DNA of 64,000 bases from Hemiscyllium ocellatum (Eukaryota), in NCBI RefSeq assembly GCF_020745735.1, contig NC_083401.1, forward strand, positions 49,907,740-49,971,739, given 5' to 3'. Below, piece by piece: positions 50,553 through 63,505 of the stretch (positions are counted from its first letter, which is position 1; every line of letters begins with the position of its first letter). The position numbers were made by a program, and so were the translations under genes. The notes under the pieces are model-generated. The model searched no databases. It saw nothing but the letters and a program-made list of their open reading frames with translations, and was not told where the DNA came from.

Positions 50553-50810
50553 CAGGACCAGCAAACACATCGACCTGGACCCAATATACCGGCCACTGTA
50601 GCGGACAGCTGGAACTGACAACCGGAAGCGGCAGAGACAAACCACTATAAATGCTGAAGGAAACAACACAGAAGCGCTTCATAGGAGGCTCCCAAGCACT
50701 GAGGATGTCACCTAGACAGGGGACGAAATGTCTGCAACACAAATTCCCAGCTCAGCGAACAGAACCATAACAACGAGCACCCGAGCTACGAATCTTCTCA
50801 CAAACTTTGA
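50553..50810 (+). mobile_element. PLE family C (Poseidon/Penelope-like) 3' end
   Basis: 'KHIDLDPIYRPL*' matches the end of the GIY-YIG element at 63915-63945; hammerhead downstream. Confidence 0.8.
50696..50735 (+). ncRNA. Minimal hammerhead ribozyme (core intact)
   Basis: GCA-CTGAGGA-T-GTCACCT-AGAC-AGGGGAC-GAAA-TGTC^TGC. Confidence 0.75.
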
Positions 50811-51514
50811 ACTTTATTTACTCTTCTTTTTTGATACCTGTGGAAATTCACTATCCAAATTTACATTGCTGGCTAGATTTTACTGGATGAAGTAAAACAG
50901 AATCTATTTTAAAAGACAATAAAGAATAATGATTTTTTTTAAAAGACAGGCAACCATATAATTGAGTGACATATATAGGTAAACCAATATATAAATATAT
51001 ACATCATGTATATGATGACTTGTAGCTGTTCACTATAGAACTTGACTAATTTGAGCTGAACTTTGGAAAGGTCATATATCACATTTGAAAGAGGTCATCA
51101 GCGAACTAGCTTCACATCTGTAACAACAATAGTGTCTGTTTCTCTCAAAAGTGAGAATTCAGTAGCATTAGTTGTAAGACAGTTTCTGGTTAATATGACT
51201 GTTTTTCAGCAATTTAGTGGTTGTTTATTTCTGTATTTGTTGTTCTAATCTGATTTCAAACCACAATCTCAAGGTCTGTGCTTTAAATCATTGGCAGTAC
51301 TAATCTCATGTGACTGATCCATTAGTGCTGTTTCAATAACATGCTGTAGTGACCATGTTTCATGCTGATCCTAGGCAATGGCTGCAGCATTGTTGTGCTC
51401 AGTCTCATTGTCACCAGGATTCACAGGCACAATTTCCAGGGGCAGTCAATAGAACATAATCAGGATTGTTGTCCCTACCTCCTTTGCTACCCACAAGGGC
51501 ATTCAAGTAAACAG

Positions 51515-52050
51515 ATAGAAAGACTTGCACTTATGAAGCACCTTTTGCTGCCACAGGACTTCCCACAGCATTTTACAATCGACGCTGTACTCTTGACATC
51601 AAAACACTTTGGCAGAAGAGAAATCACAGCAATCCATTTGTGCAGAGTTGGGTTCCACAAACAGCTATGTAGTGACGTCCAGACAGTTTGGTTTCAGTTA
51701 TCTTAGTTGAGAGATAAACATTGACCAGGACACTGGGAAAACACCACAAGTCTAGAAAAGCCCTCCCCCACTGCTCCACCCCTCTCCAGCTGCTTTTCTT
51801 TGAAATTGTGCCATGGGACCTTTGACGTTCAAGAGACAAGTCAAATGATGCCTTGGTATAATTTATTCTCGACATCCCAAAGTATTTTACAACCAATGCA
51901 GTACTCTTGCTACAGGAACATTGTAACCGTATAGAAAAAATGATACAGTACCCCAGTGTACTGCAGCTGAGTGTTAACCTAATCTTTCTGGTGTAGGGCT
52001 TGAGTCACCTTCTGACCTGGAGGTGAAAGTGCTTCCACAAAGCCACGACT
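51515..52050 (-). mobile_element. Deu-SINE (SacSINE1-like)
   Basis: Reverse complement GTCCCATGGCACAATTTCAAAGAAAAGCAG..GTGTCCTGGTCAAT; GCAAGTCTTTCT tail. Confidence 0.7.
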
Positions 52051-53331
52051 GACATCATATGTTTGTCAAGGTTGACAAATTGCAGTGTGCCCACTGCTGC
52101 CCAGCTGCACTGAACTAATTCAGCGAAGGCCATAGGTTATCGCAGCCGTCATTGGAAATACGATGAATTATAGCACGAAGTCCTGCAGATTTATCGTATT
52201 GCTTACTTTGAATGAATGAGTCCAAAGTGGTAGAATCAAAAGATAACAGAACAATTGGAAATAAAGAAAACACGCATATCTTGTGGAAGTAGTTTACAGC
52301 AGCTTAAGATTCACTGGTGCCTATAATTTTTGAGTGACACAGTTCCACAAAAAGAGTTAGCCTTTTAATCTTTTAACTAGTCAATCCAATTTAATCACTC
52401 ATATTTTGATACGTTAAATAAATCCCACAATAAAACATGCAGGTTTACTCAGTGATTGAGCATATAGAAGAAACATGAAACCTATATAAACATAGAAATG
52501 TATGCTACAACTTGAAGGTCTATGGCTAGGACCATGTCCATTTTAGTGAAGGATACATTCCCAATCATAGCCAGCCTATCAGGGTGAAGCGCAAATTAAT
52601 GAAAGCAGGTAAAGAATCAAAGATCAAGTGAAGCCAGGGTCATCTTATGCTACTCCTGGGGGATAGCTACAGAGCAGCAGGAGGTCAGAGCAAGACCTGG
52701 AATATAATCCTTTCACATGCCACAAAATGTTGGAATGGTATATGATAAAAATTTTAAAAAGCGTTTGAAAATTTAAATCAATGTAAATAAACTCCAATAA
52801 CAGCAGATTATTGCCACTTATGTTGTCAGCATTATAGACAGAGCTGATAATACCTTATAGGTGCCTTAACTATATGAAATATGAAGAGAAATATGGCAGA
52901 GCTGTGAGAGAGGTCCAGTGAGGCCTATGTCTTGAAAAACTGCAGCAGCTTTTGAGAATGTTACGTACATTGAAGTGAGATTATCACTAGGCTGTGGAAA
53001 GTTGCTTTATAAGGGGAATTATTATTTGTTATTAACTTTATTAACTACACATCTCACCTCATTAATATGCAGCTTCTTATCCTATCATATAGTAAGAACA
53101 AACTGGATGCCAAGAATTCTTGACAATGATCTCAGAGCAGATGGCTGGCAACTTCAGCTCGCTACCTACACCAAAGAACATCCATTTTGGACATTGGGTA
53201 CCAACATCAGGGCACCAGCTACATGCACCCCACATCCAGAGACATTGGCATCAGACATGCACCAGCCTCTAAAATCCTTATGACACACCTACAATTCACT
53301 TCTATGCTTCAATGTTGTACCTTCAGGTCAT

Positions 53332-53525
53332 GATGTGGAGAAGCCGGTGTTGGACTGGGGTGGACAAAGTTAAAAATCACACCACACCAGGTTATAGTCC
53401 AACAGGTTTATTTAAAAGCACTAGCTTTTGGAGCACTGATTTTTGAAGCAGGGCTCCGAAAGCTAGTGCTTCCAAATAAACCAGTTGTACTATAACCTGG
53501 TGTTGTGTGATTGTTAACTTTGTAC
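53332..53525. mobile_element. PLE family B fold-back palindrome
   Basis: 71-bp arms 53364-53434 and 53453-53523; each arm holds the stem II-GAAAGCTAGTG half of the hammerhead. Confidence 0.85.
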
Positions 53526-54229
53526 CTTGGGATGCAATAGCAGTAATCATGGTAATGCTGCAGCTGGGATACTGTGTGCTCAGATACACACACTCAGCTC
53601 ATGGACTGGGCCAGGCTGCATCTCCAAACTGTTTACTTGTTTTACTGTGCACTCACTTACAACCTGCCCGAATGCTCAGAGCATCCCTGCTTTATCTTGC
53701 TATTTTGCCCCTTTCCCCTCAGCCTTTACTTGCCTTTGAGCACAGACACAAAGCTGGAAAGTTTGTTATGGATGTCAGTAAGCCTTAGTCAAGTCAAGAG
53801 GAATATCATTGCTCAGGAGGATCTGACATAGTCCGCCAAGGGCAACGTTTAATGCCAGTCCAGGATTTTGAACACAGTCAGCCAGTCAGCCAGTTGGGGC
53901 AATCAAAGTCAGGATCATCTTACAGTGGGCAAAGAGCTGAATATTAGGCAGCCCACCACCCCTCTTGACTCAAGCGGTTTTCCTCCTGAAATGACTGAGA
54001 AGTGTGTATAAGTGGAGGTGAAAGTGGGTGGCATAGCTGTAACTTTTTATGAGTGAGCATGCAGTGCAGAAGGCATGCGGGGTTAGTGGTGCTGGGGGTT
54101 GGGGGTTGGTGAGAGTGAGGGAGGGAAGCTGTATAAAATAGTGAGAACTGTGGACCATGAGCCTTGGTAGGAAACGGGTACTGCAGCAGAAATGGTGTGA
54201 ATGTGTGGAATCAGCGAAATGATGGTAGC

Positions 54230-54480
54230 ACTTATCCTGGCAGAGTGGAGATCACTGAACTTCTTCCTACATTGCTCTGCATTCCTCCAGAGAGTCAACA
54301 CTACATTGACTCACATGGGCAATCTTTGAACAGGCTAGCCTGATAGTGTTGTGACCTAAGCGACTGGTCCTAGGTGAGGGGGTAGTCCAGCTTCTGCAGT
54401 GCCCTGTTTCCCAGGACCGCAAAGTCCCCGTCCACAAAGCAAGGAATCAGCTTCTCCACTCTCTCTGCCATGTCCAGGAA
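54230..54480 (-). mobile_element. PIF/Harbinger Myb/SANT-like ORF remnant
   Basis: 'MAERVEKLIPCFVDGDFAVL' then 'SKIA..VNVVLTLWRNAEQCRKKFSDL', the SANT/trihelix helix-3 signature; frameshifted. Confidence 0.6.
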
Positions 54481-55754
54481 AACTGCCAAGGAATACGCCT
54501 GGAGGCACCGGTTTAACAGTGCCTGTCTGTGTGTACAGTGGACCTTTAAAGATGGCACTGGCACCTGTGGCACTGCCAGTTGATTCTGCAACGTTTTTCC
54601 ATGTGCAGTGACAGAAGATGGAGCTAGAATCAGGCGTGATGGACTGGGTGGTATTTAGCAAGTCGTGTTTGGTAAGATACCGCTTACATCTTGGCTCAGC
54701 CTCCTGGAGAGAAACCCTTCATGAGCCTCGATGAAACTGACAGCCAAAAAAACACAAAAATCCAACTACATCTGAAAAGCGTTATCTTATTTCTCACTGT
54801 CGCAAAGATCACCACATAGCAAATTACCAGTTAGCTGACCACTCCCCCCATCTGGTAAATATTTTTATAGCTGTTGTGCATCAAGGATCCTTAAACGTTC
54901 TGGTGTCATATACGGATGCAAGCAAGCTGAGCTGAGCACAGCATTTCCTGTTTTCAAAGTTTGCTTTTCAGGGCTGCAAATGCTGTAGATATCATTTGGA
55001 TACGTTAATTAAAGACACTTGAACACACATTCATTTCCATTTATACACATGCAGATACAAGTAATCAGACACCTTTGCTTTGTGTCTTTCAAAATGTTTT
55101 CCAGTTGAAGACAAATTTCTTTTTAAAGTATGCAGACACCTGCTATAGGTTATGTTGTCAGTGGTGTTTGCACTATTTTAGTTCTCTTCTGTCCTTCTGT
55201 ACCAAAAACACTAAGTTAAAATTCACTGATATTTGGCATCCCACTTAGCAGTCATTCCTCATGCATCAGGTTATTCAACAAGGAAGAAGGTCAGATTGAA
55301 TTATATCCAGGACTCTCCCACATTGGCAAATACACATGTATACACGCCAATAACAAATACACACACACGCATGCATGCACTCAACCACCCACTTGCACAA
55401 CATTTGCCAGTAGGGGTTACTATGAGTCACCGGAACAATTGTTGAAATCGGGAACTCTGAATATATTTTCTTGTCTAGCCAAGAGGTCCATTGCAGTACC
55501 CTAATCTTAACCAGAGCTGCATTCAATTATCCAAACCTAGAACAGGTACTAAACTTAACACCTAATTGGTCTTATGGTTCAGTGATACATTGGATTGTGC
55601 ATTTACTGAATAAGCTTTGAGGCAAATCTCCACATTGTTTTAACCTATGTCCTGCAGGTGTCATTTAGTTATGATCTACTTTGCCTTAAAAGCAGCTGGA
55701 CTGTCTTTCTGATTCAGTTTCAGATCAGTGAGCGCAAAAGCTATTCTCCGGCAG

Positions 55755-56088
55755 AATCATAGAATCCCAACAGTGTGGAAATAGGCCATTCAGCCCAACA
55801 AGTGCACACCGATGCTCCAAAGTACATCCCACCCAGACCCATCCCCCTACCACATCCTCGCATCCTTCCATTTCCCTTGGCTAATGCACTAAATGCACCT
55901 TCCCTGAACACTTTGGGCAATTTAGCAAGGCCAATCCACCTAACTTATACATCTTTGAATTGTGGGAGGAAACCCAAACACCCAGCAAACACAGAGAGAA
56001 TATGCAAACTCAATATAGACAGTCGTTCAATTTTGGAATCAAACCAGGTCCCTGGCACTATGAGGCAACATTGCTAACCACTGTGCTG
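55755..56088 (-). mobile_element. HE1-type V-SINE (older)
   Basis: Diverged head, V-domain and GATTCTAT tail. Confidence 0.8.
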
Positions 56089-56573
56089 TTCTTGAAAAAC
56101 ATTGTAGAAAATATATATAACAAGTGTAATCTGATAAACTTGAGAACTGATGTAAGTAATTCTGAGATGCTTCTTGAACAATTTTACAATTGTTTCTCTA
56201 GAGTATTTTGTTAGTGGGAATCTGTTTAAATTTGCTCATGATCATCTATTTTGACTCAATGATAAATTGCAATAATCACTAATTCTGTTTTTTAGGACTT
56301 TTAATCTGACAGAATTGTCAAAAAGCAACAATAATATTAGTGTAAGACATCTCTTTTGCTACAAGTTCCAGCAAAAGTGCAGACTAGAATCCAAGTGCAC
56401 TCTTGAACTGTTCTGTTATGTTAGTTGACAGTGGAAAATGATTCATTCATGGCAATAATCACTAATTAATTTAGATGGAAATCACTTTTTTTTTAAACTG
56501 AAGTAAAATATGGCCAAAGAAGTAGTAAAAGAAGCATATGTGAATTTTATATAGAATGATAGCATCATCATTT

Positions 56574-56890
56574 GGGGCAGGAGGATGGCACAGTGGTTAG
56601 CTCTGTTGCCTCACAAAGCCAGAGACTTGGGTTCAATTCCGTTTCAGGCAACTCTCTGTGTGGAGTTTGCACATTCTCCCCGTGTCTGCGTGGGTTTCCT
56701 TTGGGTGCTCCGGTTTCCTCCCACAGTCCAAAAATGTGCAGGTTAGGTGAATTGACCATGCTAAATTGCCTGTAGTGTTAGGTGAAGGGGTAAATGTAGG
56801 AGAATGGGTTTGGGTGGGTTGCTCTTTGGATGGTCGGTGTGGACTTGTTGGAGGTGAAGGGCCTGTTTCCACACTGTAAGTAATCTAATC
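56574..56890 (+). mobile_element. HE1-type V-SINE; tail-to-tail with a partial minus copy at 56891-57095
   Basis: TGGCACAGTGG, GGGTTCAATTCC, V-domain, GTAAGTAATCTAATC. Confidence 0.9.
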
Positions 56891-57510
56891 ATGGAATCCA
56901 TTCAGCCCATCAAGTCTGCACTGACCCTCCAATCCACCCAGACCGTCCTACCTCCCCTCCCTCCCCCACCCTAAGCCTATAACCCTGCATTTCCCATGGC
57001 TAATGTACTTAGCCTGTACATCCCTTGACACAGTGGGCAATTTAGCATGGCCAGTCTACCTGACCTGCTTATTTTCAGACTGTGGGAAGAATTGGAATTA
57101 ATTGGAACTTAAATAGAACTGCAGTGACACATCCAAAAGTCTTCACCATTGCAAGGACAGTGGCTGTGAAATTCAATTGGCTGCTACTTATGTTCATCGC
57201 AAGTTTGTTGGGACTGTACTAAAAGCATAAATGACCTTAGATGTAATTTCTTTGGTGAGGCCTATCTACCTCGTGTGCTGGTACAGTAAGAGCTTCATGA
57301 TAGTACTGTGGACATCTTCCTGCAATTTTCATGTCTTCCTCAATGGTGACCAATCCTTCCAGTTTGGTATTATTCATAAAGTTAGAAATTGTGTTTTTAA
57401 TACCAAAATTTAAACACTGAATATAAGTTATGACCATGTTACAGGGGTGTTTGAAACCAAAGCAGGTCAATAGACTTGAAATAAAGACCAATAATGACCT
57501 AATTGAACTG

Positions 57511-57851
57511 TAGGGTTGCCAACTGTGATTGAATCTATTCCTGGACATTTCAACACATGACTTTCTATGAGCCCCAGCCAACCAATACATCCACACTACC
57601 ATGTTGCACCTATTGGAAGCAAAACAAAATTATTATCAAGTAGTAAAATGCTTGACTGTCAATGAAACAGCCTTCCCTTTTCTTATTTTACATATTTTTA
57701 TATCTGACAAAGAGAAATTATCTAAAAATTGATAAAAAGTAAAGTTTAAAATGTATCTGCTGTTTTCCTCCAGGGTTGGACATGCAATATCCTGGAGATT
57801 GAACTTCAATTGCTGGAGACAACAGGACAATCCTGGAGGGTTGACCACTGT
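57511..57851. mobile_element. Possible old MITE
   Basis: Left end TAGGGTTGCCAAC; right end GTTGACCACTGTA (9/13 match); internal TCCTGGAG repeats. Confidence 0.35.
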
Positions 57852-57889
57852 ATATGTTTGGGTTGGATAATCTCCACCTGTTCTGATTT

Positions 57890-58110
57890 TCATAGAATCA
57901 TATAGTACAGAAGAGGGACTTTGGCCCATTGAGTGTATACTGACAAACACTACTTTAAATCTACACTAATCCCATTTCCCAACATTTGGACCCTAGCCTT
58001 GAATGTTGTGACATTCTAAGGGCTCATCTAATGAATCCATTATGAAAGGTTTAAAAGGTTTCCCACCTCAACTACCCTCTGAGGCAGTACATTTCAGATT
58101 CCTACCATCG
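57890..58110 (-). mobile_element. CR1 3' end
   Basis: (ATTCTATG) tail and 'VGI.NVLPQRVVEVG' remnant. Confidence 0.6.
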
Positions 58111-61100
58111 TCTTATCTGAGCTTTTCTGATTACTTTTTGTACCAATGTACTAATTTGTTAAAAGGATTCACTTGATTAGATCAAGGCAACATTTTCTTG
58201 AATTTACAACTGGTCCTTTCAGGAGTGAATTCAGGAATTAGTTCTTCACATAAGACGTGATAGAAATCTGGCACTCTAAGACAGCTATAGATTTCACTGG
58301 AAATGTTAATGCATTTTGCAGATTTATAGATTGGCTAAGCTTCTGTAATTGGGATTCCATTTGACCTTGGCTGAATTCCAACATTCTTCAATCTGTAAAA
58401 ATATATGACCTTGGTGTTACAACAACTGTGTCAAACTCCAAAAACAGCAAATCTTTTAATTTCTTAATTCCAAAATGTTTTATGTTTAAAACAGGATTGT
58501 GACAGAGTTAAATTGAGCAAATTCAGTGACTGGCTGTAAAGTATTCTGTGTGGGACCAATGGTGCATAACACTTAAAGATGTCAAAGAAACAAAAGAACA
58601 TCTTGAGATAACAAAAGGTTGATGACCTCAACAGCAAGCTACTCCCTAAAGATTACAAAGACATTTTGTATTTATTTCATTCAAGAATATAATATACAAG
58701 TGACAGAGGTTTAAAGCCTGGTTCAACTTTACTGGAATGTGCTAGTGGGGCTAAACATTCTAGTGTATACTAGCTTACGTGCTGTGAAGGTCACAATCAA
58801 AGAACCATCTGCAGCTATGTTATGTTGCGAGTAAAGGAAGACCATCTCTTACTGCAAGTGATGAAAACCAGCAAAAAAATAAAAGACAACAGAAAGATTC
58901 TCTCTCGTCTTGACTGCTGGAATTCAATCATAGTCAAAAGGAATCAAAACTACAGAATCTTAACTGATCTGCAAAACTAAAAATCATGAAACCAACTCTT
59001 AAACTGTCAATGCCAATACCAATAGTAGCCTCCACTAAGTTGCCACATTATTCATTTATCTGCTCTTTAAGAACTTTTCTGAGACAAACTGTGTAGCTTT
59101 TAAAAAGTTTATGTTTTATTTCATTATCCCTTATTTCCAATCTCTATGTATGCATATTATTCTCATGTTTAGTCCGTCAATAAAATGTATTAACTCAAGG
59201 AAGTCTGGTTAAATTGGCTCATTTTTAAAATCTAAATTACTTTGTTTTCTGGGTGAATGAATAAATAGGGAAACCAGTTCTCCCTCCTCATCTGGACAAT
59301 TAATAATTTGGGGTTTCCTGTTAGAATCTTGATCAGGTTGCGGACATAAATTAGGAATCGCATTGCATCCAAATATCATGTTATCTGTGACAAACATGCC
59401 CAGATTATCCTGCTCCAGCCAGTGCAATAATTCAAGGAAAAGAAGTTAAATATACATTTTTAGCGATAGCCCCCAGTTGAATTGAATAGCAAAATTGAAT
59501 GCAGCACGTTCTTACTTAATGATCATTTACATACCAATTCTTTAAAACAGGCATTAGGCTCCTAATTTTCATCAGGCAAGGGTCAAATGTTAGCATCAAG
59601 AATGTGTTTGGATGCCGACTGAGGAGTTCAAACCAATATGGAGTACAAGTCACTGCTAGCACAAAGCACATGCAAGCTCGCTGACTGATAAGTTGGCCCC
59701 TTTACACCCTGTATTAAGCCTGTAAACCTAGAATAAGTACAATCTAAATACTGGACTCATATCTTAGCATTATTTATCTTGAATTTGTAAGCATGAGTTG
59801 ATTTTTTAAAAATGGATAAATGGCCATTTTCAGGGTCATATTAATTGTGTTTAACAAACCAATCCATGGAAACAAAAACAGAGTTGAATTGTAATTACTG
59901 GATACATTTGAGAGCCAAGAGGAATTGATACAATTGCAGTTCAGCTCTCAAAAGATGATGATTAATTATGATACAGGTAAGCTGGTCATAAATTCATGTT
60001 TCCTTCATGTTTATCATTTTACAAAGATAGAATGTAAGAAGTAACAATAAATGTTTTCCATTTATGAAGCTAATAAATACATAAAATATTTAACGGTATG
60101 TTATTCAGTCATAAAGTAGTTCACGTCTCTTATAACCATAGATTGTTTTTGCAATGAATTGACATGTAAAGCATAATTTTGTTAATTGAGGTATATATGT
60201 GTGAAGGTCAATGCCAGATACCATTAAGATCAAACAGTTGGGTGATTAGCTGACTATAACTTCATTAGCACATTCAGGCCAATCATTAAGATAAAGTAAA
60301 GGTTGAGCTTGGATTTATAAAACAACACTGATGTTCTCAAGTAAATTGAGAATGCTTGACTAATGATCAGTCACTTCTGATTGGCAAGTCTCAACTCAGC
60401 AAACAGCTCCGTACAGCAAGCATGAACTTTTCAATGTTTGAGGTTCTACGAAGAAGGTAAGACAAAGAAAATAAGGCAGCTAGGCTGTGAAGCTGGAGAT
60501 TTGCTGTTATAGTGGATCACAGCATTTGGATTTAAGGTTAAAATACCTAAGCACAAAATGGACACATTTCACACCGATTTGAGCATAATTTGCTCCCTTT
60601 AAAAAGAAATTTTTTAAAAAAAAATTAGCAATATTGAAATAAGACAGATTATATCAATGATTTCCTCTTCCTCACCATTCACACATTGTAAGCAGGTTTT
60701 GAGTTCCAAATTTGAATGGGGAAATGCAAATGTTTTCAAATCTAACAAATTTATGAATCAAGACCAAATCAGTAAAACTATTCACATATAAATCACCAAG
60801 AATAATTGATTGGTTCAATTTGATATGTAAAGCAATAATAAATGTTAGCATTCTTTCTGAACTTGTTTGAACAATTTTTGGTCATTGTTAGTTTGGCATA
60901 ATCAAACCATCCAAAGACATTTCAACACATATTTGAAACAAGAATTTGTGAATATCCCCACTGAATAAGGCAATTTGCATGCAGGGATTATAATAAATTG
61001 TTCCTACATCAGGGATTCCAGAGGAAGTTATAAATTGTATAATGAATTGGTTGGATAATACAGAACAGATGATAATTTATCAGTGGTCATGATTATAAAA

Positions 61101-61439
61101 TGGTATTATATGACCAAAGACTATGCTTGATACTCGGATTAATAACTTTGCTTCGGTGATCACAGCAAAATAGTCCTGTTCGTGGATAGGGCCAAATTGT
61201 GTAAAAGGCATGATTCTGAGTGGAAAGACACAGACGTTCCTTTGTGTGCCATGAAGAATAAGCAGAAAAACGTGCTTGTTAAAAAAGTGAGGAAAATATT
61301 CTCGGATCACCACAATAATGTGCTCATAAATGACATCATGCAGCATCAATTCAACTTCAACAATGGGCTCCATTTGGTTTATTTATTCATCAGATGAGAG
61401 CATTTATATCCCATCCCTAATTGCTCAGGAGGCATACAA

Positions 61440-63505
61440 CACATAACGTAGAATAATTCCGTGCAGTAAATACCCTTCAGCCCTCGATGTTGTGCCAACC
61501 TATGGAACCAATCTGAAAACCATCTGTCCTACACTATTCCAGTCTCATCCGTCTGTTTATCTAATGACCATGTAAATGCCCTTAAAGTTGGCGAGTCTAC
61601 TGTTGTTGCAGGCAGTGCATTCCACTCCCATACTATTCTCTGAGTAAAGAAACTACCTCTGGCATCTGTCCTATTTCAATCACCCCTCTATTTAAAGCAA
61701 TGTCCCCTTGTGCTAGCCATCACCATCTGAGGAAAAAGGCTCTCACTGTCCACCCGATCTAACCCTCTGATTATCTTACATGTCTCAATTAAGTCACTTC
61801 CCAACCTTCTTCTCTCTAATGAAAACAACCTCAAGTCCTCAGCCTTTCCTCATAAGACCTTCCCTCTGTACCATACAACATCCTAGTAAATCTCCTCTGA
61901 ACTCTTCAATGCTTCCACATTCTTCCCATAATGTGGTGACCAGAACTGTATGCAATACTCCAAGTGCGGCCGCACCAGAGTTTTGTACAGCTGCAGCTTG
62001 ACCTCATGCTTCCAAAACTCAATCCCTCTTCCAATAAAAGCTAACACATCGTATACCTTCTTAACAACTCTGAATCAACCTGGGTGGCAACTTTCAATGA
62101 TCTATGTACCTGGACACCGAGATTTCTCTGCTCATCTACACTACAAAGAATCTTACCATTAGCCCAGTACTCTGTATTCCTCTTACTCCTTTCAAAGTGA
62201 ATCACCTCACACTGTTCCACATTGAACTCCATTCGCCACCTCTCAGCCCAACTCTGCAGTTTAACTATGTCTCTCTGTAACCTACAACATCCTTTAGCAC
62301 GATCCATAACTCTATCAACTTCAGAGTCACCTGCAAATTTACTAACCCATCCTTCTATGACCTCATCCAGGTCATTTATAAGCATGACAAACAACAGTGG
62401 ACCCAAAACAGATCCTTCAGTACCCCACTAGTAACTGAACTCCAGGATGAATATTTCCCATCAACCACCATCTTCTTTCAGCTAAACAATTTCTGATCCA
62501 AACTGCTAAATCACCCTCAATTCTATGCCTCCATATTTTGTTCAATAGTCTACCATGGGAAACCTTATTAAATGCCTTACTGAAATTCATGTACATCACA
62601 TCAACCACTTTACCCTCATCTATCTATTTGGTCACCTTCTCACAGAACTCAATAAGGTCGTGAGGTATGACCTACCCTTCACAAGACCATGTTGATTATT
62701 CCTAATCAACTTATTCCTTTCCAGATGATTATAAATCCTATCTCTTATAACCCTTTCCAACACTTTACCCTCAACCGAAGTGAGGCTTAAAGGTCTATAA
62801 TTTCTAGGGTTGTCTCTACTCCCCTTCTTGAACAAGGGGACAACATTTGCTATCCTCCAGTCTTCTGGCACTATTCCTATAGACAATGACAATTTAAAGA
62901 TCATAGCCAAAGGCTTGGCAATCTCCTCCCTGGCTTCCCAGAGAATCCTAGGATAAATCTCATCCAGGTGAGGTGACTTATCCATTTTTATACTTTCCAG
63001 AATTGCTAACACCTCCTCCTTATGCACCTAAAGCACATCTAGTTGAGTAGCCTGTATCTCAGTATTCTCCTCTACAACATTGTCTTTTTCTAGTGTGAAT
63101 ACTGAGGAAAAGTATTCATTTGGCACTTCCCCCATCTCCTCTGACTCCACGCACAACATCCCACTACTATGCTTGATTGTCCCTAATCTTACTCTAGTCA
63201 TCCTTTTATTCCTGATATATCCATAGGGTTTTCCTTGATCCTATCCGCTAATGACTTCTCAAGTCCCCTCCTAGCTTTTCTTAGCTCTCTCTTCATGTCT
63301 TTCCTGGCTAACTTGTAACTCTCAAGCACCTTAACTGAGCAATCATATCACACCCTAACATAAGCCTTCTTCTCCCTCTTGACAAGAGATTCAATTTCCT
63401 TAGTAAATCACAGTTCCTGCACTCGACAACTTCCTCCTTGCCTGACTGGTACATACTTATCAAGGACGTGCAGTAGTGAGTACTTTAATAAGCTCCACAT
63501 TTCAT
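61440..63505 (-). mobile_element. CR1 LINE (RT to 3' UTR), same subfamily as 14975-17972
   Basis: ORFs 62632-63027, 62417-62608 and 62041-62406 closely resemble 16425-17885. Confidence 0.92.

Larger units (their letters stand above)
49700..50880 (-). mobile_element. Old CR1 RT fragments
   Basis: 'QHGF'-like and 'NNKEMTNEISKYIIFVFTV' remnants; interrupted by a PLE at 50553-50810. Confidence 0.55.

Noticed and set aside
58498-59330. Possible old LTR with a tRNA-Pro-like PBS near 59308
   Set aside because: The PBS match is poor, and no TSD or second copy was found.
61080-61397. Overlapping 97-aa and 71-aa ORFs
   Set aside because: No recognisable homology or paired splice sites; not supportable as CDS.
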